The notes under the pieces: model-generated
What the model was told of the DNA's origin: nothing
Database searches by the model: none
What the model saw: only the letters and a program-made list of their open reading frames with translations
Shown: piece by piece, positions 20,460-32,611 of the stretch
Numbering within the stretch: position 1 is the first letter of the stretch
Layout: each line of letters begins with the position of its first letter
Position numbers and translations under genes: made by a program
Assembly (NCBI GenBank): GCA_001914235.1
Contig: MQUF01000009.1
Coordinates: forward strand, 11,614-75,613
DNA: 64,000 bases
Origin: Desulfobulbaceae bacterium DB1
GTDB lineage: Bacteria > Desulfobacterota > Desulfobulbia > Desulfobulbales > SURF-16
Reading direction: 5' to 3'

Positions 20460-21161
20460 TCATTTGGTGGATTGTGTGGGTGGTCCGTTTTCTACTTCTT
20501 TGTTTTTCAACATTGACGCAATATAGATCATGGCAAGCAGGGCAAAGATGTAAGCCTGTATGGTTCCGGTAAGAAGACCGAGGGCGCTCATGACCACCGG
20601 AAAGAAAAAAGGCACGATAAGCAGGAGAACAAAGCCGACGACAGAGCCGCTCATCAGATTGCCGTATAAACGGACGGCCAGGGCAAAGGTGCGGGATATG
20701 TCCCCGAGAAGGTTAAACGGCAGCATGAACGGGGAAGGTTTGATATATTCCCCCAGATAGTTGCCCAGGCTCCTTGTCGAAAGGCCGAATACCGGCACCG
20801 CGATAAAGACGCAGAACGCCAGGGCGCTGGTGGTGGACAATGAGGCGGTGGGGGTCGGGTAAAAGGGAATGACGGCAAGAATGTTGGAAAGAAGAATGAA
20901 AAGAAAAAGGGTGCCGACAAAGGGGAGAAAAGGATCGGCTTTCTGCCTGGTGATCTCTTCGATGTGATTGGCGATGCCGCCGACCAGGATTTCGAGCAGA
21001 TTCTGCCGGCGGTTTAATTTCATGCCGCTGCCGAGCTTTCTGGTGATAAGCCATGATCCCCCGACCAGCAGGAACATTTCCAGCCAGGTGAAGAGAATTG
21101 TCGCATTGAGGTGCCCCCATCCCCATTCGATCAGAATGAATTGATCCGGCGAAAATTTCAT
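20460..21161 (-). CDS. atpB: N-ATPase a subunit
   Basis: 233 aa and polytopic. Contains the conserved stator arginine region FALAVRLYGNLMSG. Confidence 0.9.
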   Translation of the reverse strand: MKFSPDQFILIEWGWGHLNATILFTWLEMFLLVGGSWLITRKLGSGMKLNRRQNLLEILVGGIANHIEEITRQKADPFLPFVGTLFLFILLSNILAVIPFYPTPTASLSTTSALAFCVFIAVPVFGLSTRSLGNYLGEYIKPSPFMLPFNLLGDISRTFALAVRLYGNLMSGSVVGFVLLLIVPFFFPVVMSALGLLTGTIQAYIFALLAMIYIASMLKNKEVENGPPTQSTK

Positions 21162-21463
21162 GATGACTGCCCGCAGTTTTCTACCGGTGTGTGTCTGCCG
21201 TAGCGACGAATCATAACCAGCCGGGCAATCCAGAAGCCGATGGTGAGCGCGACCAGTCTCTTCCAGTCATTTGCCATCAAAAGGTAAAAGGCCAGGACAA
21301 GGAGGCCCAGTCTGATCATGAAGCTCGCAAGAATCCGACCACCGAACCCTGTTGCTTCCGGCAGACGGTTCAAGGTGGCCCATAATCCCTTGAAATAGGC
21401 GAGGCCAAGGATGAAGCCGGCAAAAGGCATGGCGGTCAGTATGAGCCAGTCAACAATCTGCAC
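21158..21463 (-). CDS. atpR: N-ATPase accessory membrane protein AtpR
   Basis: 101 aa with three hydrophobic helices. Its position between atpQ and atpB is diagnostic of N-ATPase operons. Has a 4-nt overlap with atpB. Confidence 0.75.
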   Translation of the reverse strand: MQIVDWLILTAMPFAGFILGLAYFKGLWATLNRLPEATGFGGRILASFMIRLGLLVLAFYLLMANDWKRLVALTIGFWIARLVMIRRYGRHTPVENCGQSS

Positions 21464-21763
21464 TTAATCCGTTCTCCCTTCTTTTTTGATCCAGTGCCAG
21501 GCAACAATGCCGCCGACAAAAAGTCCGGCAAAGAGACAGGTCAGGGTCCATGAAACTGTGTCCCGGCCAAGATGCCGCTCGTCCAGCCAGCGGCCGATAA
21601 ATGTGCCGATGACCGCAGGGATCGCCACAGTCCAGCCGATCATGCCGAACATGCCGAGGCCGAAAAAAATGGGACGTTGTTTTTCTTTCCGTGCCCGCTC
21701 TTTTTTGAGACATTTTTTGTCTACGATTTCCGGCAGATGTTCTTTGGGCGGTTTTTTTTTCAT
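21464..21763 (-). CDS. atpQ: N-ATPase AtpQ (AtpI/AtpZ-like small membrane protein)
   Basis: 99 aa. A basic N-terminus is followed by two TM helices (FFGLGMFGMIGWTVAIPAVIGTFIGRWLD). It directly abuts atpR. Confidence 0.75.
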   Translation of the reverse strand: MKKKPPKEHLPEIVDKKCLKKERARKEKQRPIFFGLGMFGMIGWTVAIPAVIGTFIGRWLDERHLGRDTVSWTLTCLFAGLFVGGIVAWHWIKKEGRTD

Positions 21764-21797
21764 AAATGAGTTCCAGGGGCGGCGTTTCCGTGGCGCA

Positions 21798-23725
<1,928 letters not shown>

Positions 23726-23801
23726 TTAGTTCCCTAAAGTATGGAACAGCGGTTTGCCGTGAGTCAAGCAGAAGTTCATCTGCGAAAAACGCGGCTCTCC
23801 A

Positions 23802-23839
23802 CAAAAAAACAGGAAGGATGAAAAAACTCATCCTCCTGT
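23802..23839 (-). terminator. Rho-independent terminator after the NdvB-like gene
   Basis: On the minus strand, the stem ACAGGAGGATGA / TCATCC(T)TCCTGT has one bulge and is followed by T7. Confidence 0.7.
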
Positions 23840-23899
23840 TTTCAGTGCCGGGTACCCATCAGGTTGTTCCGGGCAAGGCAAAGATTTTCCCCCATCATG

Positions 23900-26524
23900 T
23901 CATTGGTGAGAGGCATTTTCTTGCGAAGTTACCTCGGGAGAAGAAGTAATGCTGCTGATGATCTTCTTTTCGGTTCGTGAAAATCCGCTGACAAGCGACA
24001 TGATCACCGATGCCAGGTAGGGAATCGACTGGACCAGCAGCATCAGAACCCATATCAGCAGGTCCGCGGTTTCCGTTCCCTGGCGCAAGGCTACGGTAAA
24101 CGCGGACAACCAGAGGGCAAGCATGATGAACCCTTCTTCCCTGGCAGTGGACAGGGCCTGGAGCAGGGCATGCGCCTTGGCCTGTTTCGGGGTGCGGAAA
24201 AAGGGTTTGCTTTTGGTGACAAAACCGATGAGGATCGCCTGGGAAATCGTATGGGAAAGCGACAATCCGGCAATGGCCGAGGCGATAGTCTGGCCGACTG
24301 TTGCCCCTATTCTCGTGCGGTAGAGATAAATCATTTTCCCCACCTTGAAAACAAACAGGGTGAGCGGCATGGCGGAAAGGATCACCAGCGGCGGATCAAC
24401 CTTCAGCGGGAAATATATCATGCCGATGGACCAGCCGACGGCGGCCAGGGTGAAAATGAGATTCAAGCTGTCAGCCATCCATGGCAGCCAGCCGGCAATA
24501 AAGTGATACCGTTGCCCGCGGGTAAGAGAGGTATTTTTTTTGAACAAGAGCGCGGCCGCATGGTGCCGCATGATCTGAACCGCCCCGTAGGCCCAGCGGA
24601 AACGTTGTTTTTTGAAATCGATGAAGGTGTCGGGCATGACGCCCTTGCCGTAGGTCTGGGGAATATAGGTGGCTTCATAGCCGCGTTCAAAGATGCGCAG
24701 ACCCAGTTCGGCATCCTCGGTTATACACCATTCCGCCCAACCGCCGACTTCCTCCAGCACCGACTTGCGCACCATTGTCATGGTGCCGTGCTGGATAATG
24801 GCATTTCGTTCATTTCTGGTCTGCATGCCGATATAGAAGAAGCCCTGGTATTCGGCATAGCACATGGCCTTGAAAAGGTTTTCCTTGTCGTCACGATAAT
24901 CCTGGGGAGCCTGAACAATGGCGATGGATTGATTGTCGAACTGGGAGGCCAGATCGTGCAGCCAGTCCGGCGTGACGATGTAATCGCTGTCAATGACTGC
25001 TACGACGGTGGCGTCAGGCGACGTATGTTTGAGTGCGAAATTAAGCGCACCGGCTTTGAATCCGGCAAGAGGGTCCACATGAAAGAAGCGGAAACGCGGG
25101 CCGAGTTTTGCACAATGAGCCTGTACCGGCTGCCAGACCGCCGGGTCCTTGGTGTTGTTGTCAATGACGATGACCTCGAAGAGGGGATAATCCATCATGG
25201 CAAGGGCATCGAGGGTTTCAATCATCATGTCCGGCGGTTCGTTATAGGCCGGTACATGCACCGATACCATGGGGAGTTTTTCCCTCGGCAGCTTCCGGAT
25301 GGTAAAGGGGCGACGCCACTCGGCCAGCCAGGTTGCCTCGGCCCATTCATGGGCCTCGGCCAGCAGGATAACCACAACGCCGACAATACCCACCACCATC
25401 AGGATGCCGACCAGCACGGAAGCGAGGGTCATGTACTGCCGTGTGTAGGTGTAGACGATCCAGACGGCGGCTGTTGCCGCGCCAAAGGCGATAACCGCGA
25501 GAAAGCTGCGGCCGCGGGGCCGCAGTGTCCTGCTGTCGATAAGCAGCAGGGCAAAGGTGATGAGAGCGATTACCACCGAGATGGCGGCAAGAGTTCTCCA
25601 TTCGGGGATTTTGACAATGGGCGAGGTGAAGGGGAATTTCGGTTGCCGTTCAACATTGTAAACCCCCCAGTACGCCCCGACGGAACCCTCCGAAACCCGT
25701 TTCCAGGGCTGGTCAAAGGCCTCCATGATATAGTAGGTATAGTTTTCCTGCTGAGCCCTCTCCAGGAAGCGGCGCAGAAAGGCGGCCTGGTTGGCGGTGC
25801 TGGCCACGGCGGAGATGCGCGTCCTGCCGTTGCTGGGCCAGCCCACCTCGCCGATGATGACCTGCTTGTCCGGAAAGGTATTTTTCAGCAGATTGACATG
25901 GTCGACGACGTAATCAACCGCACGGTCGAGGTCAACCCCCTCCCAATAGGGCAGCATATGAACGGCGATATAATCGACATGTTCGACAAGTTCCGGATAC
26001 CTGATCCAGACATGCCACGGCTCGGCGGTGCTTACCGGCACGTTCAGCTCATCCCGGGCCCATTCGAGATATTCGGAGACCTCGTCAACCGTCAGATCGC
26101 CGCGCAGGATCGATTCGTTGCCGACAACAACCCTGACGACATTCTGGTAGTTTTCCCTGGCTATCCTGATGGCATCGCGGATTTCCTTGTCGTTTTTGCC
26201 GAGATCGCCGTCAAGCCACGCGCCGAGGGTGACGTTGAGTCCGTATTTGTTGGCCAGTCGGGGAATTTCAGCCAGCGTTCCTTCAGTGGTGTAGCTGCGC
26301 ACGGCATGGGTTTTGCCGGCAAGCAGCTGCAGATCGGCATCAATTTCCTCCACGGAAGGAAGGATATGGGTAACGGCGCTTTGGCCGATACGCATGGGGG
26401 AAAAGGAAAAACCCTGGATACGTTCAGGCCATGCCGGTTCATGTTCAGGCTGGTTGGTAACGGCCCACAAGCTGATTGAAATAACGGCAATGGCAATGGC
26501 AATAAGGATGGTTGATCTGTTCAT
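23900..26524 (-). CDS. ndvB: Bifunctional GH17 glucanosyl-hydrolase/transferase plus GT2 glycosyltransferase (NdvB-like beta-1,3-glucan synthase)
   Basis: 874 aa. The N-terminal GH17 motifs are VVVGNESILRG and IIGEVGWPSNG. Central TM helices follow. GT2 motifs are VHVPAYNEP, VIDSDY, TEDAELGLR and QRFRWAYG. Further C-terminal TM helices are present. Confidence 0.8.
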   Translation of the reverse strand: MNRSTILIAIAIAVISISLWAVTNQPEHEPAWPERIQGFSFSPMRIGQSAVTHILPSVEEIDADLQLLAGKTHAVRSYTTEGTLAEIPRLANKYGLNVTLGAWLDGDLGKNDKEIRDAIRIARENYQNVVRVVVGNESILRGDLTVDEVSEYLEWARDELNVPVSTAEPWHVWIRYPELVEHVDYIAVHMLPYWEGVDLDRAVDYVVDHVNLLKNTFPDKQVIIGEVGWPSNGRTRISAVASTANQAAFLRRFLERAQQENYTYYIMEAFDQPWKRVSEGSVGAYWGVYNVERQPKFPFTSPIVKIPEWRTLAAISVVIALITFALLLIDSRTLRPRGRSFLAVIAFGAATAAVWIVYTYTRQYMTLASVLVGILMVVGIVGVVVILLAEAHEWAEATWLAEWRRPFTIRKLPREKLPMVSVHVPAYNEPPDMMIETLDALAMMDYPLFEVIVIDNNTKDPAVWQPVQAHCAKLGPRFRFFHVDPLAGFKAGALNFALKHTSPDATVVAVIDSDYIVTPDWLHDLASQFDNQSIAIVQAPQDYRDDKENLFKAMCYAEYQGFFYIGMQTRNERNAIIQHGTMTMVRKSVLEEVGGWAEWCITEDAELGLRIFERGYEATYIPQTYGKGVMPDTFIDFKKQRFRWAYGAVQIMRHHAAALLFKKNTSLTRGQRYHFIAGWLPWMADSLNLIFTLAAVGWSIGMIYFPLKVDPPLVILSAMPLTLFVFKVGKMIYLYRTRIGATVGQTIASAIAGLSLSHTISQAILIGFVTKSKPFFRTPKQAKAHALLQALSTAREEGFIMLALWLSAFTVALRQGTETADLLIWVLMLLVQSIPYLASVIMSLVSGFSRTEKKIISSITSSPEVTSQENASHQ

Positions 26525-26602
26525 GTAATTTGTTTTCTAGGAAAAATTTTTCAAAATGCTGTTGTGATGTGATCACGCTTCTGCAAGAAAATGAATCGCC
26601 TG

Positions 26603-28948
26603 TCACGGCGTGGCTTCGGTCTTGATATGAATATCCCTCTGGGGAAATGGAATCTCAATGTTATTTTGGCGGAAGGCCGCGTCAATGGAAAAGTTGATAT
26701 CGCTTAATGTTTTGAATCGGCTATCTACGTCGGTCAGGAAAACACGCAGCTCGAAATTAAGGGAGCTGTCTCCAAAACTTATGAACAGGGCGGCCGGTTT
26801 CGGTGCGGAGCCGTCGATGATAACCGCCGGATGGGCGTTGGCGATGTCCTCGAGGATTTTCTTGACCAGTTCCGTATCACTGCCGTAGGCAACGCCGACC
26901 GGAATCCGCAGTCGACCGTTTCTGTCGGAAAACATCCAGTTTGTTACCTGGGTTGAAATGAATTCGGAGTTGGGCACAATGACTTCCGCCTTGTCAAAGG
27001 TTGTTATCACGGTGGAGCGAACGCTGATTTTTTTCACATACCCTTCCGTATTGCCGACCACGATCCAGTCGCCCCGCCGGATTGGTTGTTCAAAAAGGAG
27101 GATGAGCCCGGATATGAAATTGCTGACAATGTTCTGCAGCCCGAATCCTATTCCCACCGACAGGGCGCCGGCAATGACCGCAAGCGAGGTAAAATTGACC
27201 CCGGCCATGGCGAGTCCGAGCAAAACGGCGATTATGATACCTAGGTAGCCTGTCAGGGTCACAATGGCATCACGCGCACTTTTGCTGACATGTTGATCTT
27301 CCCTGATCGATCTTTTCAACATGGTTTTTGCCCAGTTGGAAAGGGTCCAGAACAGGGCGAAAAGAAGCAGGCCGATGAGAATGCGAAGGGGAACTATCTG
27401 CGTTTCGCCGATGGCAAACCCCTGCATGATGAAACGGGTTGATTGCGGGGCGGCCGTCCATGATTGCAGCCAGGTGTTCAATACAGCCACGAGAAGGGCG
27501 ATAAGGAGCAGAAAATTGAGCAGAAAATTGATCCAGATGAAATTCGAACCGACCTCATTCCCCGTAAGGCCAACCTGTTTCCGTACTTTTTGCGACCATT
27601 CGGTTTTTCCATAGGAAAGGCTTCTGAAGACACTGTTGACAAGGTACCTGGTGCAGAAAAAGAGGACTGCCAGGACAACGGTTTGGGTGAATCCCTTGAT
27701 CACATAAAAAGAAATATTATGAAAGCCGAGCAGATCGGTAATGATGGCCGTCAGCAGGACGATTGCCAGGATACTGCGTATCCAGAAAGATGTTTTTTCC
27801 AGGCCGGGTATTTTATTAAAAAGCCAGCCGAGTCTGGCCAGAACAGCGCAAAGCGCGGTGCCTGTGACCAGTCGGAGAAAATAGTAATAGGCGGCCCCGG
27901 TTTCGGCTTCAACCGGAGCGACAAGTAAAAGGGACAACACGGCAATAAGAAATGCCGTTATTCGTAATTGTCGCCTGAATGCCGATGCGAGTTTGTCAGG
28001 GAGGCTGATCAGGGGCTTCTGGTCCAGGATCGGCTTGAAAAAAAAGCGTACCAGCCAGAGTTGAAAGACGAAAAGGGTGCAGGCAAACGCGAGGGGGCCG
28101 GTATAGGTAAAGGAGGCACTGTTTTTCGTCAGCAGCTGGCTGTAAAGGGTGATGACAAGGAGCGGCAGGAAAAAAGGTAAATAACCGGCAACGCTGCCCA
28201 TCAGAATTTTTATGAATTCTTTTTTGGCCGAGGCTTGCGAAAGAAGGCGCCATCTGCTCCAGAACCCGAAAAGCAACGTAATGATCAGGAGGAAGATGCC
28301 GACGCCGAGATGCAGCGGGCTGAACGTTTCAAGTCCGCTGTGTTGCAGGAGAAAAGAAACGGTATCCCCGGCCCATTCGGTTTTCCGGGAGTAAAGCTGC
28401 TGCATCAGTTGCAGGAAATCCGCGCTCCTGTGAAAAAACTGCTGGGCGGACAGTTTTTCGCGACGGCCGGTGATCTCGGCCAGCAGTTCCTCGCTTTTGA
28501 CCTGGATCAGGCGAACTTCGGCGACTTTCTTTTCCAGCCCTGATTTTTTTTGCTGGAGAAGTTTGCGTTGCCGGGCTACTTCGGGCGGGTCATTTTTTGT
28601 TTCCTGGCCTAAGAGATCAATGGACTGATCCACCTTGGCCAGTTCAGCCTGCAGTTCTTCGAGCGATGTTTTCGCGGCTGCCGAAAGATCATTTGTTTTT
28701 TTTGCCGTTTCGGCGAGTTTCACCTGAGTGAGATCTTTCTCACTCACGGTTTCTTTGATTGCTTTCAGCGCGGCGGATAATTCAGCCGCATCGTTCCGGG
28801 GCTGCTGGGCGAGTGCGGATTGCAGCGGGAAAAGACAAAGCAGGCAGAAGATTGCCGCCTGTAGAAAGATACGATACCCCGTCCCGGAAAAATGAAGGGA
28901 AACGGGGGAAAAACGAGACAGGGTGATGGTGTTTTTTGTGCTGGCCAT
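26603..28948 (-). CDS. MscK/KefA-like large mechanosensitive channel (MscS superfamily)
   Basis: 781 aa. Signal peptide, then a long periplasmic coiled coil, multiple TM helices and the MscS core GLQNIVSNFISGLILLFEQPIRRGDWI. Confidence 0.85.
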   Translation of the reverse strand: MASTKNTITLSRFSPVSLHFSGTGYRIFLQAAIFCLLCLFPLQSALAQQPRNDAAELSAALKAIKETVSEKDLTQVKLAETAKKTNDLSAAAKTSLEELQAELAKVDQSIDLLGQETKNDPPEVARQRKLLQQKKSGLEKKVAEVRLIQVKSEELLAEITGRREKLSAQQFFHRSADFLQLMQQLYSRKTEWAGDTVSFLLQHSGLETFSPLHLGVGIFLLIITLLFGFWSRWRLLSQASAKKEFIKILMGSVAGYLPFFLPLLVITLYSQLLTKNSASFTYTGPLAFACTLFVFQLWLVRFFFKPILDQKPLISLPDKLASAFRRQLRITAFLIAVLSLLLVAPVEAETGAAYYYFLRLVTGTALCAVLARLGWLFNKIPGLEKTSFWIRSILAIVLLTAIITDLLGFHNISFYVIKGFTQTVVLAVLFFCTRYLVNSVFRSLSYGKTEWSQKVRKQVGLTGNEVGSNFIWINFLLNFLLLIALLVAVLNTWLQSWTAAPQSTRFIMQGFAIGETQIVPLRILIGLLLFALFWTLSNWAKTMLKRSIREDQHVSKSARDAIVTLTGYLGIIIAVLLGLAMAGVNFTSLAVIAGALSVGIGFGLQNIVSNFISGLILLFEQPIRRGDWIVVGNTEGYVKKISVRSTVITTFDKAEVIVPNSEFISTQVTNWMFSDRNGRLRIPVGVAYGSDTELVKKILEDIANAHPAVIIDGSAPKPAALFISFGDSSLNFELRVFLTDVDSRFKTLSDINFSIDAAFRQNNIEIPFPQRDIHIKTEATP

Positions 28949-28983
28949 AAGGTAAGGGTGTCGTGCCGTTTAAAGGGTATGAT

Positions 28984-30540
28984 CTAGTTTGATCTGCTGC
29001 GAAAAGTATCTTTTATTTTAAGAAATTCGGCAATGTTTGTCAGAAAAACATCAACCAGGACCGGATCAAAGTGTCCTCCCCGTTCTTTTTTGAAATATTC
29101 AATGATTTCAGGGAGGTCATAGGCCTTGCGATAAATCCGGTCATTGCAGAGGGCATCAAAGACATCGGCGATGGTGGTTATCCTGGCAAAAATATGGATA
29201 TTTTCTCCCGCAAGTCCCCGGGGATATCCGGTGCCGTTGTATTTTTCATGATGCTGCACTGCAATAACGGCGGCAGCCTTCATGATTTCCCGGGTGGAAG
29301 AACCGAGCATGTCATGGCCGATTGTCGCATGGTTTTTCATGGTGCTGAACTCATCAGGGGTCAGAGGGCCGGGATTGTTGAGGATATTATCGGGAATCGC
29401 TACCTTGCCCACATCATGCATGGGGGAGGCGAGGCGCAGAATCTCAACCTGAGTTGGATTGAGCCCGCATTTTTCCGCCAGCAGCCGGCAGTATTCCGAT
29501 ACCCTCTTGACATGAAAGCCGGTTTCCTGAGAACGGGCCTCGGCGATTTCGCCCAATGTATAGATGATTTCCTTCTGGGTGTCTTCTATTTCTTTGTTGA
29601 GATGAATGTTTTCAAAGGCAATATGGACATTGGCGCAATAAATTTCAATCAGGGATTGATTCAATTCATTCAGCTCGTGCCAGCCTTCGCAGTAGATGAC
29701 GGTCTCGGCTCCGAGTTCGCTTTTAAAATAGCCGACATAGCGATCCGGATAATAAAGGCATCTTTTCTCGATGATGGCCGTCTGCAGATCCTGGAAGACC
29801 TTTTCCGGCAATTCGTGCTGATCGTTTATCTCGGTGAGGTTGTTAAATTTTCCGGTGGCGGCAAGGACAGAGAACTTCCTTGCCGAGCGGGTGACGGCAA
29901 AGCCGGAGGTCTCAAAGACAATGGCATCGGGATCCATGTGCATGATGGAGACGAGCTGGGTCAAAACGCCTGAGGCGAGCTGTTTCAGTGATCGCAATTC
30001 AAAGAGGTTGGCCGAGGCGTCGATGATTCGTTTCAGCCCGTTGCGGTTTGCCTCGATGATCAGCATGTCGCGATAGGTGCGGAGCGAGGAGACCATGACG
30101 GTAAAAAGCTTCTGGGAGGACAGCTCGGTTTTTTCCTTGTAATCATTGATGTCGTACTCGATGATGACACTTTCCTCGGGCGCCTGTCCGGGTTGGCCGG
30201 TGCGGAGGATGATGCGGACAAAGGGATTGTTTCGCGTCTTGCGCACGTATTCGACCAGAAGAAGACCGGCATCATGGCTTTCCATGACCACATCGAGCAG
30301 GATTACCGCGGTGTCCTGGTGTTGTTCAATCAGTTTTTTTGCCTCAGCCGCGCTGTATGCGTGAAGAAAGAGAAGTTTTTTCCCGTCATAGGTGAAATTC
30401 CTCAACACCAGGGTGGTGATGCTGTGTACCTCCTGGTCGTCGTCAACAATCAGCACCTTCCAGCATCGGTCTGTGAGATGGCCGCCATTGGAAGGGGCTG
30501 TTGCCTGTTCATCGCTGAAAACAAGATCGTCATTTGTCAT
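28984..30540 (-). CDS. Response regulator with an HD-GYP c-di-GMP phosphodiesterase output domain
   Basis: REC domain (LIVDDDQEV...ILLDVVME). The HD-GYP motifs are HDVGKVAIPD and HHEKYNGTGYPRGL. Confidence 0.85.
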   Translation of the reverse strand: MTNDDLVFSDEQATAPSNGGHLTDRCWKVLIVDDDQEVHSITTLVLRNFTYDGKKLLFLHAYSAAEAKKLIEQHQDTAVILLDVVMESHDAGLLLVEYVRKTRNNPFVRIILRTGQPGQAPEESVIIEYDINDYKEKTELSSQKLFTVMVSSLRTYRDMLIIEANRNGLKRIIDASANLFELRSLKQLASGVLTQLVSIMHMDPDAIVFETSGFAVTRSARKFSVLAATGKFNNLTEINDQHELPEKVFQDLQTAIIEKRCLYYPDRYVGYFKSELGAETVIYCEGWHELNELNQSLIEIYCANVHIAFENIHLNKEIEDTQKEIIYTLGEIAEARSQETGFHVKRVSEYCRLLAEKCGLNPTQVEILRLASPMHDVGKVAIPDNILNNPGPLTPDEFSTMKNHATIGHDMLGSSTREIMKAAAVIAVQHHEKYNGTGYPRGLAGENIHIFARITTIADVFDALCNDRIYRKAYDLPEIIEYFKKERGGHFDPVLVDVFLTNIAEFLKIKDTFRSRSN

Positions 30541-30580
30541 CTTTCATATCCTCCTGTCAGGTTCTCTTTGTGAAATGCAA

Positions 30581-32326
30581 TTACACCGTCGGCAGAAGAA
30601 TGGTAAAGGAAGTTCCTTCTTCCGGAGCGCTTTGGCAGGTTATAGTCCCGTTTAATTTTTGGGTGATGATGTTGTAGATGATATGCAGGCCGAGGCCGCT
30701 TCCTCCTCTGCTGCGATTTGTGGTGAAAAAAGGGTCGAAAATATGCTGCAGATCACCCAGGGCGATTCCTTTGCCGTCGTCGTGGTAGACAAAGGTAAGG
30801 GTTGCGTTATTCAGGGAAAAATCCAGCGTGATGGTGCCGGACACGTTTTCGTCGAAGCCATGGTTAATGGAATTGGTGATGAGATTTGTCACTATCTGTG
30901 ACACGGCGCCCGGGTAGCTGCGCAGGATGATATTCTCATCGCAGGTCAATTGTATCGTATGTCTTGTTTTCTTCAGGATCGGCCGCAGGCTGAGCAGCAC
31001 TTCATTGACATACTGCCTGATGTTGAAATTACGTATTGCTTCCCCGGACTGGTCGATGGCCACCTGCTTGAAGCTGCGGATCAATTCTCCGGCGCGGGTA
31101 AGGTTGGATTGCAACAAGGAGGTCGATTCCAGGCAGACATTCATGTACTCCTCCAGATTCGACCGTTTCATGTCCCCTGCCTGATAGAGGGCAGCCATTT
31201 TATGCGTTTCTTTTTCCAGATGAGTGGAGGCGGTATAGGCAATACCCACCGGGGTATTTATTTCATGGGCAATGCCGGCGACAAGCTCTCCGAGAGATGC
31301 CATTTTTTCCGATTGAACCAGCTGGTTCTGGGTGCGCTGCAGCAGATCCAGGGTATTGATCAGGCTCTGGTTTGCCGTATTCAACTGGGCGGTCCGTTTC
31401 TGCACCCTTTGATCCAGGGTGGCCGTCAGTTCGCGCAACTCCTGTTCGGCTTTTTCCTTTTGTTTCTGGATACGTACTTCTTCCGTGATATCCTTGAAAA
31501 GCACGACGGCGCCGATAACGGTTTTATCTTCGATAATCGGGGCACAGGCAAGATGCACGGGAAAATCCGATCCGTCTTGACGCGAAAAAATTTCATGGCC
31601 GCTCTGGTGAAATCTGCCGTCGTGGAAAGAAGCAAAAACAGGGCAGAGCGATGGCGCATGCCGGCAGCCGGTGTCGCTGGACCGGCGGAAGAAAATATGA
31701 TACGGCCGTCCGAACAGCTCTTCGCTTCTGTATCCGGTCAGATTTTCCGCCGAGGCATTTAAAAAGGTGATGCTGCCTTCTATGTCGACTCCGAAAATTC
31801 CTTCAGCCACCGAATTGAGGATGAGCTCGTTCTGGCGGTTGACCGTCTCCAGTTCTATTTCCGTGGCCTTCTGCTCTTTGAGCTGGGTTTCCAGGGTCTG
31901 GGTAAGGGCGAGGAGATTCCTTTCATACCGTTTTCTTTCACTGATGTCACGTTTGATGAAACATATCCAGCAGATATTGTCGTCGTCATCGGTCAGGGGA
32001 AGAACAAAAGTCTGTTCGAAAAATCGGCTGCCGTTTTTTTTGTAACTGGTGATTTCCCCTTCCCATATTTCTCCCCGGCAGACCGCATGCCAGGAGAGGG
32101 TGCGCAAGCTGGCCAGATCATGGAGATTGAGGCTTTCGACATGCTGTCCCAGTACCTCCGTGTCGAGGTAACCGGTTATTGAAGTAAAAACTTCGTTGAC
32201 GTACTCGACCTTTCCCGCCTTGTTGGTGATAATAATGGTGTTGGGATTGTACGTTATGAGGTGGGAAAGCCTGTCCTGTAATTTTTGCGAACAGACTGCT
32301 TGATCCGGGACCAAGATTTGTGTCAT
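30581..32326 (-). CDS. Cytoplasmic PAS-PAS sensor histidine kinase
   Basis: Two PAS-like regions, an H-box (GIAHEINTP), an N-box and a G-box (GGSGLGLHI). There is no obvious TM segment. Confidence 0.85.
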   Translation of the reverse strand: MTQILVPDQAVCSQKLQDRLSHLITYNPNTIIITNKAGKVEYVNEVFTSITGYLDTEVLGQHVESLNLHDLASLRTLSWHAVCRGEIWEGEITSYKKNGSRFFEQTFVLPLTDDDDNICWICFIKRDISERKRYERNLLALTQTLETQLKEQKATEIELETVNRQNELILNSVAEGIFGVDIEGSITFLNASAENLTGYRSEELFGRPYHIFFRRSSDTGCRHAPSLCPVFASFHDGRFHQSGHEIFSRQDGSDFPVHLACAPIIEDKTVIGAVVLFKDITEEVRIQKQKEKAEQELRELTATLDQRVQKRTAQLNTANQSLINTLDLLQRTQNQLVQSEKMASLGELVAGIAHEINTPVGIAYTASTHLEKETHKMAALYQAGDMKRSNLEEYMNVCLESTSLLQSNLTRAGELIRSFKQVAIDQSGEAIRNFNIRQYVNEVLLSLRPILKKTRHTIQLTCDENIILRSYPGAVSQIVTNLITNSINHGFDENVSGTITLDFSLNNATLTFVYHDDGKGIALGDLQHIFDPFFTTNRSRGGSGLGLHIIYNIITQKLNGTITCQSAPEEGTSFTILLPTV

Positions 32327-32611
32327 GTGGGATGCGGTGTCTATTAAATTAAGCGGATAATTTTTTCATAATCTAATCAAGAATGGATTGAAAGTACAGT
32401 TTTTAATGATTTCATCATCAGATGAATCCGCTCAAGCCGTGGTCGTCAGTCACGAAGATGGAGAACCGACTTTCCGACGGAGGCTCTCCGTCGGCCGGCG
32501 GAGAAAGATGGGGCTTTTGAAAAGGCCTTGACAGTAAAAATACTCTTTTGTTATATATGATCTTTGTATTTTTTTGAACTCCTCTTCTTGGTTTGACCTT
32601 TTCCTTCTCCG

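Noticed and set aside
24170-26479. A 769-aa ORF on the plus strand, fully antisense to the NdvB-like gene.
   Set aside because: The translation is rich in G/R/D/H and low in complexity, with no motifs. It exactly shadows a gene with strong GH17 and GT2 motifs. This is a typical antisense shadow ORF in GC-biased coding DNA.
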